Part shown: positions 1 through 10,691 of the stretch, piece after piece
How the letters are laid out: each line of letters begins with the position of its first letter
How positions within the stretch are numbered: position 1 is the first letter of the stretch
Origin: Octopus sinensis
Lineage: Eukaryota
NCBI RefSeq assembly: GCF_006345805.1
Contig: NW_021831973.1
Coordinates: 1-34,096, forward strand
Length of the DNA stretch: 34,096 nucleotides
Direction of reading: 5' to 3'
Translations under genes and position numbers: made by a program
The notes under the pieces: generated by a model
The model's database searches: none
What the model was told of the DNA's origin: nothing
Seen by the model: the letters and a program-made list of their open reading frames with translations, nothing else

Positions 1-78
1 CAAACCCACAGTTGAACCGTCCAACCCATGCTAGCATGGAAACGGACGCTAAATGATGATGATGATGATGATGATGAT
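1..78 (+). mobile_element. 3' end of RTE-clade LINE (or RTE-tailed SINE) with (GAT)n tail
   Basis: GTCCAACCCATGCTAGCATGGAAACGGACGCTAAAT(GAT)n; the same terminus is attached to RTE RT-coding sequence at 5161-6062. Confidence 0.85.
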
Positions 79-500
79 ATATATACATATATATATATAT
101 ACACATATATATATATAATATATATATATAATATATATTATATATATATATATCAATATATATATGTGCGTGTGTGTTTGTATGCGTGTGAGTGTGGGTG
201 CATTATATTATCAACCTAGCTGTCTAGCTGCTACAGTGAATATATCAACAAAATATATTTTGAAATAGTGATTCAGTTAACTATCAAACAATTTTTCTTT
301 AGAGTTAATACAATTTCTGGCTTTTCTTCATTTTTTATTTATTTATTTATTTATTTTTGGTTATTATAGAAAAAAATATTTTGAGGATTTTTTTCCCCAA
401 ATTTGGACATTTCCATAACTTGTTGCAACAGCTCATTTCTGTTGAAAATCATGCAAATTACATAGGTAATAAATGAATAACCAGCTGGAGAAAGTGTTCT

Positions 501-938
501 CCTGGAATCAAAATAACAGTATCAATTTGTTCTTATAGAACAGCCATGTTTAGGTTGTGATAAACATTGTTTCTCAGTTGAAATTCTGCTTCCCTCTCTA
601 ACAGAGATTTTCTAAATGAAGCAGTTTGCTTATTGCTGCAAAAGCAGTGACTGTGAGACACTGATTTTCTATATACAGTGCAAGCTGGGGTTAGGCAGAC
701 AAGCATCCATTACTGAGGATGATCAATTGAGATCAAAATCACATGATCATATGGCAGTCTCTGAGCTAGGATAGTAGGGAGTTCTCTCCCTGCTTGCAAT
801 ATGTATTGAGTTCAAAGTGCACTGATTGACCAGGCATGCCCCTGGGCTTAAAATAGCATCATCATCTGTTCTTATAGAACATCCAGGTACAGGTGAAGAT
901 AAACATTACTTCTTAGTATAGAAACTGCTTTCATCTCT
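501..938 (+). repeat. Diverged partial tandem repeat: ~100-bp copies at 501-599 and 841-938, period ~339-340 bp
   Basis: Collinear shared blocks CCTGG..AAAATA, TGTTCTTATAGAACA (528-542 / 867-881), GATAAACATT (559 / 898), CTGCT (586 / 925) at constant offset. Confidence 0.75.
707..754 (+). ncRNA. Degenerate type I hammerhead ribozyme motif (probably inactive)
   Basis: CTGAGGA (713-719), T, stem II GATC/GATC, AAAA in place of GAAA (CpG-type change), near-palindromic helix III ATCACATGAT, AUC triplet; helix I only CCAT/ATGG with two mismatches next to the core. Confidence 0.45.
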
Positions 939-1113
939 CTGTCTCTCTCTCTCTATCTTTCTACATATACACGTGTGCATGTGCACACAATGCACCCACA
1001 CACACACCCACATACACACATACACCTCCACACCCACACACACATACACACACCCACATACACACCCACACACACACATGTCTTTTTCCTTTCTTCATTC
1101 CTTTCATTATACA

Positions 1114-1498
1114 TCTTTTATCTTTTACTTGTTTTAGTCCTTAGACTGTGGCCATACTTGAGCAACACCTTGAAGAAATCTAACCAAACAAATCAACCCC
1201 AATACTTAAGTTTTTTAAGCCTGATAATTATTCCATCAGTTACTTTTGTTGACCTGCTAAGTTACTGGGACCTAAACACACCAACATTAGTTGTCAAGTA
1301 GTGGTAGATAACAAACATGAACACAAAGACACACACACAAATAGGTAGGCTTCTTTCAGTTTCCTTCTACCAAATCCACTCATAAGGCTTTGGTTACCCC
1401 AAGGCTATAATAGAAGAAACCCAAGAAGCTACACACTGGAATTGAACTTGGAACCATGCAGTGGGGGAGCAAAGTTCTTTCCACACAACCATGCCTGC
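1114..1498 (-). mobile_element. tRNA-derived SINE, family B (decayed, near full length)
   Basis: Collinear with the better copy at 19680-20074; tRNA-like head with B-box-like GGTTCCAAGTTCAATTCC on the minus strand; tail CTAAAACAAGTAAAAGA. Confidence 0.8.
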
Positions 1499-1838
1499 TT
1501 ACATAAACACACACACACGTGTGTGTGTGTGTGCAGGTGGTTTCAGCACAATTTCTACCAATAAAATGAAATCCCACTCATAATGCATCGGTGGGGACCT
1601 CAAAACCTACCAAGATGGTTACCAAGAGTATTTGAAGTTATTATGGATTAAGTCAAGTCACCAAAGTACTGGACAATGAAACAAGCCACACCTCATAAAA
1701 ACTACAGAATCAGTTATTCTCTTAGTTGTTTTTTTTTTCCTTTTTGTGTGTGTTTGTGTTTCTTTTGTGATTTTGTTTGGTTTCAAATGTTACTCATTAC
1801 AGAACATTATAGAATGTATAAGAGATGTCTGTGTTTAT

Positions 1839-1874
<36 letters not shown>

Positions 1875-2934
1875 ATAATAACAACGCACATTAAACTGAA
1901 GTGTCTGATTGTTTGATCAAACAACTAAAGGACATCGCTGTTCCTAACAATATAATGACTTGATTGGACACACAGACAATACAGAAAGTAGAGACAGATT
2001 TCTTACAACAACAACAACTGCAAAAACAACAGAAATGTGGCATTGGCGTTATATTGTGTGTGCTATTTTTTTTCTTTCATTCCTCCTCTCCTCCTCCTCT
2101 GCATCTACACCGTTCACGTGGAATGGATTACGATACAAGTAACTGTATAAGCAAAATATACATAAACACACAAACACACACAAGTGATTGTGCTTCACTG
2201 AAATATCCATTTTTTTTTCTGAGTGAAAGCAATATATCAGTGAGAGAGAGAGGGGGGTGGAAGAGAAAGATAGATATAGATATTATATACACAAACACAC
2301 ACGTATATATATGTATACGTATATGTGTGTGCGTATGTATGTATGTCTGCATGAGAGAATATGCTTGTACATACATACATGCATACACACCCATAAACAT
2401 ACTCAAGTGAATATGCATGTGTGTGTGTGTGTAAGTGAAATATACAGACACACTGACACACAGCTTTGTTTTTTTAGCATCCAATTGATGGTGAGAATCC
2501 CATGGACATTTGCTGGCTTCCTACTTTGATTTATTGCCATTATTTCTCAAAGTATCTTTGCCAGGCTTCAAAATTTAGTTTCTTTGATCTCCAAGTCCAG
2601 TCTACACTCAACTGACAAAAAAAGGTTTCAAATGATTTTTCAAAATAACTTTTACACATTACATTGCTCTCCAAGGCAGCTCAAGAGGCCACATGATTAA
2701 CTTTATAATGGCTTCTTCTTTCCTACCACCACCACCACCAGCTCATTGGGAAGCAGTGTTTGTTTCTCTATCTTCCTTGCTGTGCCATGCCACCATGTCA
2801 CTCCACTGGTAGCTGCAATTTGTTCCAAATGTTCTCTATGTGCATTAGTTCCGTCAGATATTTATGCTTCCTTCGCTAAACAATATTTCACATTCATTCT
2901 CTTGTTTTCCATCATACATACTTACATATACAAA

Positions 2935-2936
2935 CC

Positions 2937-2970
<34 letters not shown>

Positions 2971-3055
2971 TGCACACACACATACACACAAACCATTTAT
3001 ATATAGATAGTCAATTATGAATCTAGTAAAATAAGCACTCATATATTTGTCCCCA

Positions 3056-3110
<55 letters not shown>

Positions 3111-3309
3111 GTGTATATGTATGTGTTTGTATATATATATAGATATATATATATGTGTGTGTATATATATGTATATGTATCTATATATATATATACATAT
3201 ATATATATATTATATATATGTGTATATGTATGTGTTTGTATATATATATAGATATATATATATGTGTGTGTATATATATGTATATGTATCTATATATATA
3301 TATATACAT

Positions 3310-3380
<71 letters not shown>
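2935..3380. repeat. (TA)n/(CA)n microsatellite field containing a 109-bp tandem duplication
   Basis: GTGTATATGTATGTGTTTGTATATA...GTATCTATA recurs at 3111 and 3220. Confidence 0.9.
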
Positions 3381-3382
<2 letters not shown>

Positions 3383-3649
3383 TAGAGTGGTATATTTTGC
3401 ATGAAGAATTTTCTGATGTATATAAACGTTTTTATTTTTTCTTATTAAGTCAGTGTCATTTATAAGAAATTATACTGGTTGATGGTTTGTACTTTTAGTT
3501 TTTCCAAATATTTCCTGAAAACGGTCTTCGCAAATTCAAGCAGAGAAATACGAAGTAAAATTACAAATCAATGAGTTGTATTAGTTCTTACATTTGTTTT
3601 TTGGGGTTTTTTTTCGGTTTTATAAAATAGAATAATTAAAATCATCCTA

Positions 3650-3890
3650 ATCATGATCATTTAATGACCGTTTTCCATGCTAGCATGGGTTGGACAGTTT
3701 GACAGGAGCTGGCCAGCTCGGTAGCTGTCCAGACTCCAAATTGACTGTTGTAACATGGTTTCTACAACTGGGTCGCCTTCCTAATGCCAACCACTTTACA
3801 GAGTGTGGACTGGGTGCTATTGATGTGCCACTGGCATGGGTGCATTTATGCTGCACGGGCACGAGTGCATTTTACATGACACTGCCACCA
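3650..3890 (-). mobile_element. RTE LINE 3' end
   Basis: CATTTAAT..CCGTTTTCCATGCTAGCATGGGTTGGACAG...CCTTCCTAATGCCAACCACT matches the other copies. Confidence 0.85.
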
Positions 3891-4004
3891 GTAAACGACA
3901 AGCCTGTCTGTATGGATGACAACAATTTTAATTAGCTTAACACATCATCTCAAGCAAATTGCCACAATTACAGGCCCCTTCTGTGTGTTTGAGTGCTGTT
4001 ATCG

Positions 4005-4051
<47 letters not shown>

Positions 4052-4053
4052 TA

Positions 4054-4281
4054 GGTGATGAGCTGGCAGAATAGTTAGCATGCTGGGCAAAATGCTTAGT
4101 GGGATTTTGTCTGTCTTCGTGTACTGAGTTCAAATTCCGCCAAGGTCGACTTTGCCTTTCATCTTTTGGAGTCAATAAATTAAGTATCAGTTAAATACTG
4201 GGGTCGATGTAATTGACTATTCCCCTCCACCAAATTTCAGGCCTTATACCTACAGTAGAAAGGGTTATTATTATTATTATT
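4054..4281 (+). mobile_element. tRNA-derived SINE, family A, with (ATT)n tail, inside an (ATT)n tract
   Basis: A-box-like GAGCTGGCAGAATAGTTAGC, B-box GAGTTCAAATTCC, core GTCGACTTTGCCTTTCATC; homologous to 17061 and 31366. Confidence 0.85.
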
Positions 4282-4409
4282 TAAAACAGTTTGATTGGCC
4301 TCATGCAATTTCATGGGTTATGAAACTTTAAGTCGCAACTGCCTTAAATCATAATAAGTATGACTCCTACTAAACATCTTGAATGCTTTTTTCTCTCACT
4401 TGTCCACTC

Positions 4410-4449
<40 letters not shown>

Positions 4450-4814
4450 TAGTCAAAATATACAGTATTATAGATTCATTTCAACTGATTTTACTGATCG
4501 GTTTCGCCCGAGGTATTAAATAAACAGATATTAGATTAAAGCACAGTTTAAATATAGCATGTAGTCTTTAGAGATGGCATCGATGGTAAAACATATGGTG
4601 AGCATTCTTCATTAATAGGGGTGAAAAATGTCACTTCCAGTTTGTGTCTGAGTTGGTGTAAGAGGGCAAGAATTTGATGAAAACATATGCAGGGTGAGTT
4701 TAGGGGCTGGGAATTGTGATGGGCTTTTGGGATTGAGGTGTCATACAGGTATGATGTGTATGGAGGAGGACAGCTGTGTGAGGAAAAAGAGGAAAAGCAG
4801 TTTGGCAAAAAGAG

Positions 4815-4935
4815 ATTGATAGAATAAGTACTAGGCTTGAAAAATAAGTCACGGGGCCAATTTGTTCAATGAAAACCCTTCAAGGCAATGCCCCAGTATG
4901 GCCACAGTCTAATGACTGAAACAAGTAAAAGGAGA
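4815..4935 (+). mobile_element. SINE family B, 3' fragment
   Basis: GATAGAATAAGTACTAGG...GGCAATGCCCCAGTATGGCCACAGTCTAATGACTGAAACAAGTAAAAG. Confidence 0.75.
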
Positions 4936-5003
4936 AAATAAGAAGAGAATATAAATACACTCACGCATACATATTTATTATATATAAGCATATACAAATA
5001 TTA

Positions 5004-5100
5004 ATTGGAGCCTGGCGCAGCAATCTAATTTGCCAGTCCTCAGTCAAATCGTCCAACCCATGCTAGCATGGAAAGCGGACGTTTAATGATGATGATGATG
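5004..5100 (+). mobile_element. RTE LINE short 3' end, tail-to-tail with the next copy
   Basis: GTCCAACCCATGCTAGCATGGAAAGCGGACGTTTAAT(GAT)n. Confidence 0.85.
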
Positions 5101-5159
5101 ATATAAATATGTGAGTGTATATATATACACATATATGTATATGTAAAGATACACACACG

Positions 5160-5160
<1 letters not shown>

Positions 5161-5190
<30 letters not shown>

Positions 5191-6062
5191 TTAACATCTG
5201 TTGTTCATGCTGGCATGGGTTGGATGGTTTGCCCAGGTCTGGCAAGCTGGAAGGCTTCACCAACCTCCAGTCTGATTTGGCATGGTTTCTATGGTTGGAT
5301 GCCCTTCCTAATGCCAACCACTCCGAGAATGTAATGGATGCTTTTATGTGTCACTGGCATGGGTGTCATTTTGCATGACACCAGTATCTGCCATAACTGC
5401 ATATTTACTCAGTTTGATGGCTCTTCTTCTCAAGCCCAACATAACACCAAAGGTCTTGGTTATTTGTAATTGCCTCTGAGAAGTCAATACGCAAAAGGTG
5501 CATTTCATGTGCCACCAGCATCAGCCACGTTGCCTCTGTGAGGCCCAACACTCAAAAGGTGCTTTTTATGTGCCACCAGGATCAGCCATGACTACAATTT
5601 CAATTGGCTTGACGGGTCTTCTCAAGCACAGCGTATCACCAAAGGTCTCAGTCACTAGTCATTGCCTCTGTGAGGCCCAAAGTTTGAAGATCATGCTTCA
5701 CCGGGTCTCATGTCTTCCTGGATCTACCTCAGGTTCCTGCTACGGATAGAGATTGGCACTTCTTTACACAGTTGTTCTTGTCCATACTCATCACATGACC
5801 ATCATCTCTCTTGCACACCACATCTGATGCCTCTTTTGCCAAACTTTTCTCTCAAGATGCTTACACTCTGTTGAACGTGCACACTGACATAGCACACCCA
5901 GCAAAGCATACTGGCTTCATTCCTTGCAAGCTTACACATGTCCTCAGCTGTCACAGCCCATGTTTCACTGTTGTGTAGCATATGCACATAGGCATCATAC
6001 AATCTACCTTTCACTCTGAGCGAGAGGCTCTTTGTTGCCTGCAGAGGCAGGAGCTCTCCATA
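5161..6062 (-). mobile_element. 5'-truncated RTE-clade LINE: RT C-terminal coding relic, 3'UTR and (GAT)n tail
   Basis: Minus strand translates LRVKGRLYDAYV..MLHNSETWAVTAEDMCKL..NEASML.W...LREKFG.RGIRCGVQER, then GHVMSMDKNNCVKKC, typical of RTE RT C-termini; stops and frameshifts present. Confidence 0.9.
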
Positions 6063-6667
6063 TGTGTATAGAAACATATGGACATACATGTGTGCATGTG
6101 TGTGTGCGTGTGTATAAATACACACATACACACACGCACTCATGCACAAGTGCATGCATACACATACACATACACTTACAAAAAAACAAAAAACAAAGAA
6201 GTATTTACACCAAATCTTTCCCTCTTGCGATATGTTGGACTTATCAAACTGTGGTTGGGGTAAATTTCTGTTTTAATTTTTTTCATTCTTGAAAGAAAGA
6301 AAACCTAAAATTCTGGAGAAATATTGAATAATTGATAAATGTTGAGAAAACAATGGATTTATTCAAGAAAAAAGTTGAATTTTGTTTTTGTTATTCTTTC
6401 CTGAATGGAAGTCATTGATGAAGAAGTGATAGAATGGATTTAATTCAGTTGGTTAGTTTAGTCCGCAAAGTAAATCATTGTTTCTCAGCTTCCTTCGTCC
6501 ACAATATCATGTTATTTATTGATAATACTCTTAACTTTGATGTATTAGTATTAACTCATGACATATATAGCTCTAATCTCTTTCTCAATAGCTCTCTCAC
6601 TGAAACAATGTTATCAATCGTATCAACAGAATTCTTATGAAATGCTGTGCTTTCTTCTACGTCTTCT

Positions 6668-7078
6668 CTTTTGCTTGTTTCAGCCATTGAACTGCAGCTT
6701 TTGCTGAAGAACCACTTTCGACAGTTTACTTGGTCAAACCCCCAGAACTGTTTTCTTTTAAAGTCTGGTTGTTGCTTATTCTATCCATCTCCTTCATCTA
6801 ACAGCTAAGTTATGGTGGATGAAAACAAACTAACACCTGTTGTCAAGTGGCAAACACCAGAAACACATACACACACACACACACACATGTATAAATATTT
6901 ATCTACATATAATAGGCTTCTGTACCATTTTCATCTACCAAATTCACTCACAAGGCATTGGTTAGCTTGAGGTTAAAGCAGAAAAAAACCTGCTGAAAGT
7001 GGCATGTGGTGGGAATGAACCCAAAAACAGGAGGTTGCAATGGAATCTCCTTAACCCCACAACTATAACTGCACCTAT
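6668..7078 (-). mobile_element. SINE family B, decayed
   Basis: TTGCTTGTTTCAGCCATTG..., CTACCAAATTCACTCACAAGGC, GGGAATGAACCC collinear with 19680-20074. Confidence 0.7.
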
Positions 7079-7414
7079 GGTGGTCATGATTTTGTTTGTA
7101 TGCTGTAAGACACATACCCTGATTGCAAACATCTGATGTTGAATTACTGCGATTCTATGCGACAAAGCTGGCACTGACAATTAGGGTAGAAATCAAGAGA
7201 AGAGAGAAAAAGAGAAACGAAAATTTTTTTCTGTAAACATGACTTCACACAGACACACACACGCTTTCATTTATTCACAAATACCATACTTGATGCTTGT
7301 TCCAATCACCACAATCTTCATTAATGTCTTTCTGGAAATGTTTACTATAAGTTATATTTATTGATTCATTTTGAAAATATTTATTAGAAATACTTTTCAG
7401 TGACTAATTACAGT

Positions 7415-7625
7415 GATGTCACCAACCAGCCTGAGACTGCATCTGGTTCTGTGATACAAACTTCCTGTTTTAAAGTGACCTCCATCAAAACTGTCCAGAA
7501 AATTTTCACGTTCATTCATGTTCTAAACTACAGCTGAATAATCACTCAGTCATTATTTTATTATTTTCAAAATTAATTCAAACAAAAGCTGCATACTTTA
7601 ACAGAAATCTGGTAGCAAAAGACGG
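7415..7625 (+). repeat. Decayed short interspersed repeat (possibly MITE-like); related copy at ~9060-9215
   Basis: AATTCAAACAAAAGCTG....T...AACAGAAAT shared with ~9175-9210; termini not recognisable. Confidence 0.35.
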
Positions 7626-8003
7626 AATAGATTCTGGTTATATACATCAATTTATTGCAGAATGATTGTTGCTTCATTTTTGACAAACATGTTTGGCACA
7701 TGTGGAGCTTGACAAATCAACAAGCTACATGACTGTTTACTGTGTACCATGTAGCTTTACCTGAAGGCTTACTACAGCCAGTAAATTACTAATGTAGCTC
7801 ACAAGAGCCAGTAATCTTTTATCTTTTACCTTTTACCAGTTTCCTGGTATCAGGATTTATTGATTCTGAGCAGAAATAGACTTGATATGGCATCAATGCT
7901 TTTTTGCTTATGAATTGTAAGGATTAAAGGTAAAAAAATAAGCATAAATTCACTGTACATTATTTACAATTGATGGATATTTTTCCTCATCTTGTTTGTT
8001 ATT

Positions 8004-8049
8004 AACACAACATTTTGGCTGATATACCTTCCAACCTTCATCAGGTGTC
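8004..8049 (-). ncRNA. Minimal type I hammerhead ribozyme, CpG-decayed
   Basis: GACAC-CTGATGA-A-GGTTG[10 nt]CAGCC-AAAA-TGTT-GTGTT; core G12 lost. Confidence 0.7.
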
Positions 8050-8110
8050 TTGGGGAAATGTCGAACCTGGGTTCTCATTCCTAAGGTATTTTTCGATGTT
8101 ACCATCAAAA

Positions 8111-8388
8111 CGTGGCCAATGCCAGCGCCGCCTTGACTGACTTCCATGCCGGTGGTACATAAAAAGCACCAACCGATCGTGGCCGTTGTCAGCATCGCCT
8201 GGCACGTAAAAAGCACCCACTACACTAGTGTAGTGGTTGGCGTTATGGAAGAGCATCAAGCTGTAGAAACACTGCCAGATCAGACTGGAGCCTGGTGCAA
8301 CCTTCTGGCTTCCCAGACCCCAGTCGAACCGTCCAACCCTTGCTAGCATGGAAAACGGATGTTAAACAATGATGATGATGATGATGAT
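8111..8388 (+). mobile_element. RTE LINE 3' end inserted in the microsatellite of the HHR element
   Basis: GGCACGTAAAAAGCACC...GCTGTAGAAAC..GCCAGATCAGACTGGAG...GTCCAACCCTTGCTAGCATGGAAAACGG..(GAT)n. Confidence 0.85.
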
Positions 8389-8507
8389 GGTGTTGTTGTT
8401 GTCGTTGTTGTTGTTGGTATTATTATTATTATTATTATTATTATCATTATTATTCAGGTCACTGCCTGGAATCGAACTTGGAATCTTGGGGTTAGAAATT
8501 TCCCCAA

Positions 8508-8553
8508 GACACCTGATGAAGGCTGGAGGGTATATCAGCCGAAACATTGTGTT
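8508..8553 (+). ncRNA. Minimal type I hammerhead ribozyme, one CpG-type change in helix III
   Basis: GACAC-CTGATGA(8513-8519)-A-GGCTG[GAGGGTATAT]CAGCC-GAAA-C-ATT-GTGTT; helix I GACAC/GTGTT. Confidence 0.8.
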
Positions 8554-9904
8554 AACAACAAACAAGATGAGGAAAAATATCCGTCAATTGTAAATAATGT
8601 ACATAATTCCTCATCTCTTTAATATAGAACTGCATTATAAATTCACTGATATATTTTCAATACAATATCTCTGCATTTTGCTGGGTTTGTGAGAACATAC
8701 TTATTTCACAGAGTAAATGATAATAATTTGTTGGGCTTTACAAAATCTTTGACTGAAAGAGATGAAGACAATGGATCTCAATGTATTTTTCTAATGAGAG
8801 TTGTACAACTTCTTGTAAACATATGTGAAAACACCAAAATGTAATCAACTGAACTTTCTTTAAGTTGACAGTGATATGACAACAGGTAAAAACTGTTGTT
8901 ACCTGTTGTACAGAAATGAATATTGTATCTGAAAATTCTATCAAAACTCATGCAATGGTTATATTTTCATGATTTTTATACTGGACCACCTACATTTCAT
9001 ATAAATTTATGGTTTATAACAAGGCTGGGAGGATTATATGAAGAATGTGCTCAGCACTTAAAGTGTTAAAATGATCTCAAAACCTTCGATCAAAGTTTCA
9101 AGTTAATTTGTTCCAAGCACCGACTTAATAAGAACAAAATTATTTTATTAAATTGCTCATTTTATGTTTAAATCAATTCAAACAAAAGCTGAATATGTCA
9201 ACAGAAATATTCAAACAAAAATGGTTAAATACATACAATGAAAAGTGTTGTTTGACTCATTACAAAATTGTTTACTAAGTCAGTAGAATGTTTATGTATG
9301 CCAATCAGCAGCGATTCCAACATGCCATATAAATATAATCACTCTGTTCAATAAAATACTGTGTCAAATTCATTATAAATGTTAAACATAAATTTTTGTG
9401 GTTAGAAAAAAAGAAAAAGGAATCATATATAAAGGTAATCCCCTTGTGTCAAATCATCTTTCAAATCCATAATTGATGTCTTGTTCTTGACAACAACACA
9501 CTGCACTACATTATGAATCCCCAAGCAAAAAGAAAAAAATCATCTCAAAAGAATTCCAGACTATTGTGTTTGCTTTTGTCAATAGAAATTGTCTAAGAAA
9601 TTTCTCTGGAGATTCTTTTCCTGCAATAACAAAACAATAACAAAAAGCAAAGCAAGGAATTAAACAAACGCAGTGTATCATGTGTAGAGTTGTGTGTGTG
9701 TGTGTGTGTGTGTAAATACATATAACAATGATAAGCAAAATACTGGTGTGGTATTCAGTACTTTCTCGGACATACATGTGTTTCAATAAAATGTTAAAAT
9801 AATTATTTAACATTCATAGAAACATTAGGCTACCATGCACTTTACCTCATCAGTGTCCTGCAATAAATACAACAATCAAAGTTAAGACATTACTGTGCCT
9901 TAGA

Positions 9905-10505
9905 AAATTTCTATACCATTTGTCAGCGGTTTTGATTTTATAATGCCAACATACTGTCCAGTGTAAATACTGGCCAACTCTGTCATGTCTTGCTTTATAT
10001 TCTATAGACCACCTGAGATTAGGTGGTCTATAGTTTCAATCTCATCGTTACAGAATCGGTATTTTGGGTCAGCTCCATTTTTTATCACATTGGCTTGGTA
10101 GTTCTGGGTTAATAAGCCTTGGTCTTGAGCAGCTAATATGAAACCTTCACTCTCTGCTTTTAGCCCTGAGCTTTGTAACCATTGGTGCGTGTGTTTCTGG
10201 TTGACATCAGCTTGTTTGCTATGGGCCACATACTTGCCATGGAGAGGTTTCTGTTCCCATCTGCTAGCTAATTTTTCATGTGCTTTTGTCTTTGCAATTA
10301 ATTTTCTTTTCTTTGTAGCAGCAGTTGGCGCATTTCCTTCAGCCTGATCAATCTGGTAGGTATCTAAGAGATTAGTAGCAAATTTTTTGCTCTCTTTCAG
10401 AATAGAGTGAGGTTTTCTTGGTCTTTCATGTTTTTCAACAAGTTTTAGCATCCAATTGTTGGTTGTTTCAAGGTATTCAAAATTACTATCTTTAAATCTC
10501 ACAAC
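9905..10505 (-). pseudogene. R4/Dong-type (REL-endonuclease) non-LTR retrotransposon ORF relic, post-RT region and CCHC knuckle
   Basis: WEQKPLHGKY...WLQSSGLKAESEGFILAAQDQGLLTQNY...YRFCNDEIETIDHLISG; after a frameshift at ~10002, EYKARHDRVGQYLHWTVCWHYKIKTADKWY. Confidence 0.8.
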
Positions 10506-10529
10506 ATGAGATATTCAGCAACAGTACTT

Positions 10530-10661
10530 TGTAGTAAAGATTGTTTGCCAACATAACATGGCAGTCCTGGTTTAGGATGAATGTTGCTGTAATTTAGACC
10601 CAGGAGACATTTGTCCTAAACCAGGACTGCCGTGTTATGTTGGCAAACAATCTTTACTACA
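10530..10661. repeat. 55-bp inverted repeat with 22-nt loop
   Basis: Arms 10530-10584 and 10607-10661, three differences. Confidence 0.95.
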
Positions 10662-10691
10662 TCACTCTGCCTATATATATATATATATATA

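Larger units (their letters stand above)
7954..8632. mobile_element. Penelope-like/retrozyme-type HHR-bearing element with an inverted duplicate of its HHR end
   Basis: Minus-strand unit 8495->7954 (B-box GTTCGATTCC at 8477-8468, (AAT/AAC)n tract, HHR) abuts a plus-strand copy 8496-8632; inverted arms 7954-8059 / 8498-8603 are 106 bp with 7 transitions. Confidence 0.75.

Noticed and set aside
528-881. TGTTCT-TAT-AGAACA twice, reminiscent of steroid receptor half-sites
   Set aside because: Half-sites are everted relative to the canonical AGAACAnnnTGTTCT, and the duplication is explained by the tandem unit
4054-4140. tRNA-like A/B boxes here and in other SINE heads
   Set aside because: No complete cloverleaf, and each continues into SINE body sequence; not tRNA genes
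4570-4800. Strong-looking splice donors (ATG|GTGAGC, CAGG|GTGAGT)
   Set aside because: The longer candidate exon has stops in all frames and the shorter (26 nt) is unsupported; MEEDSCVRK suggests an RTE relic instead
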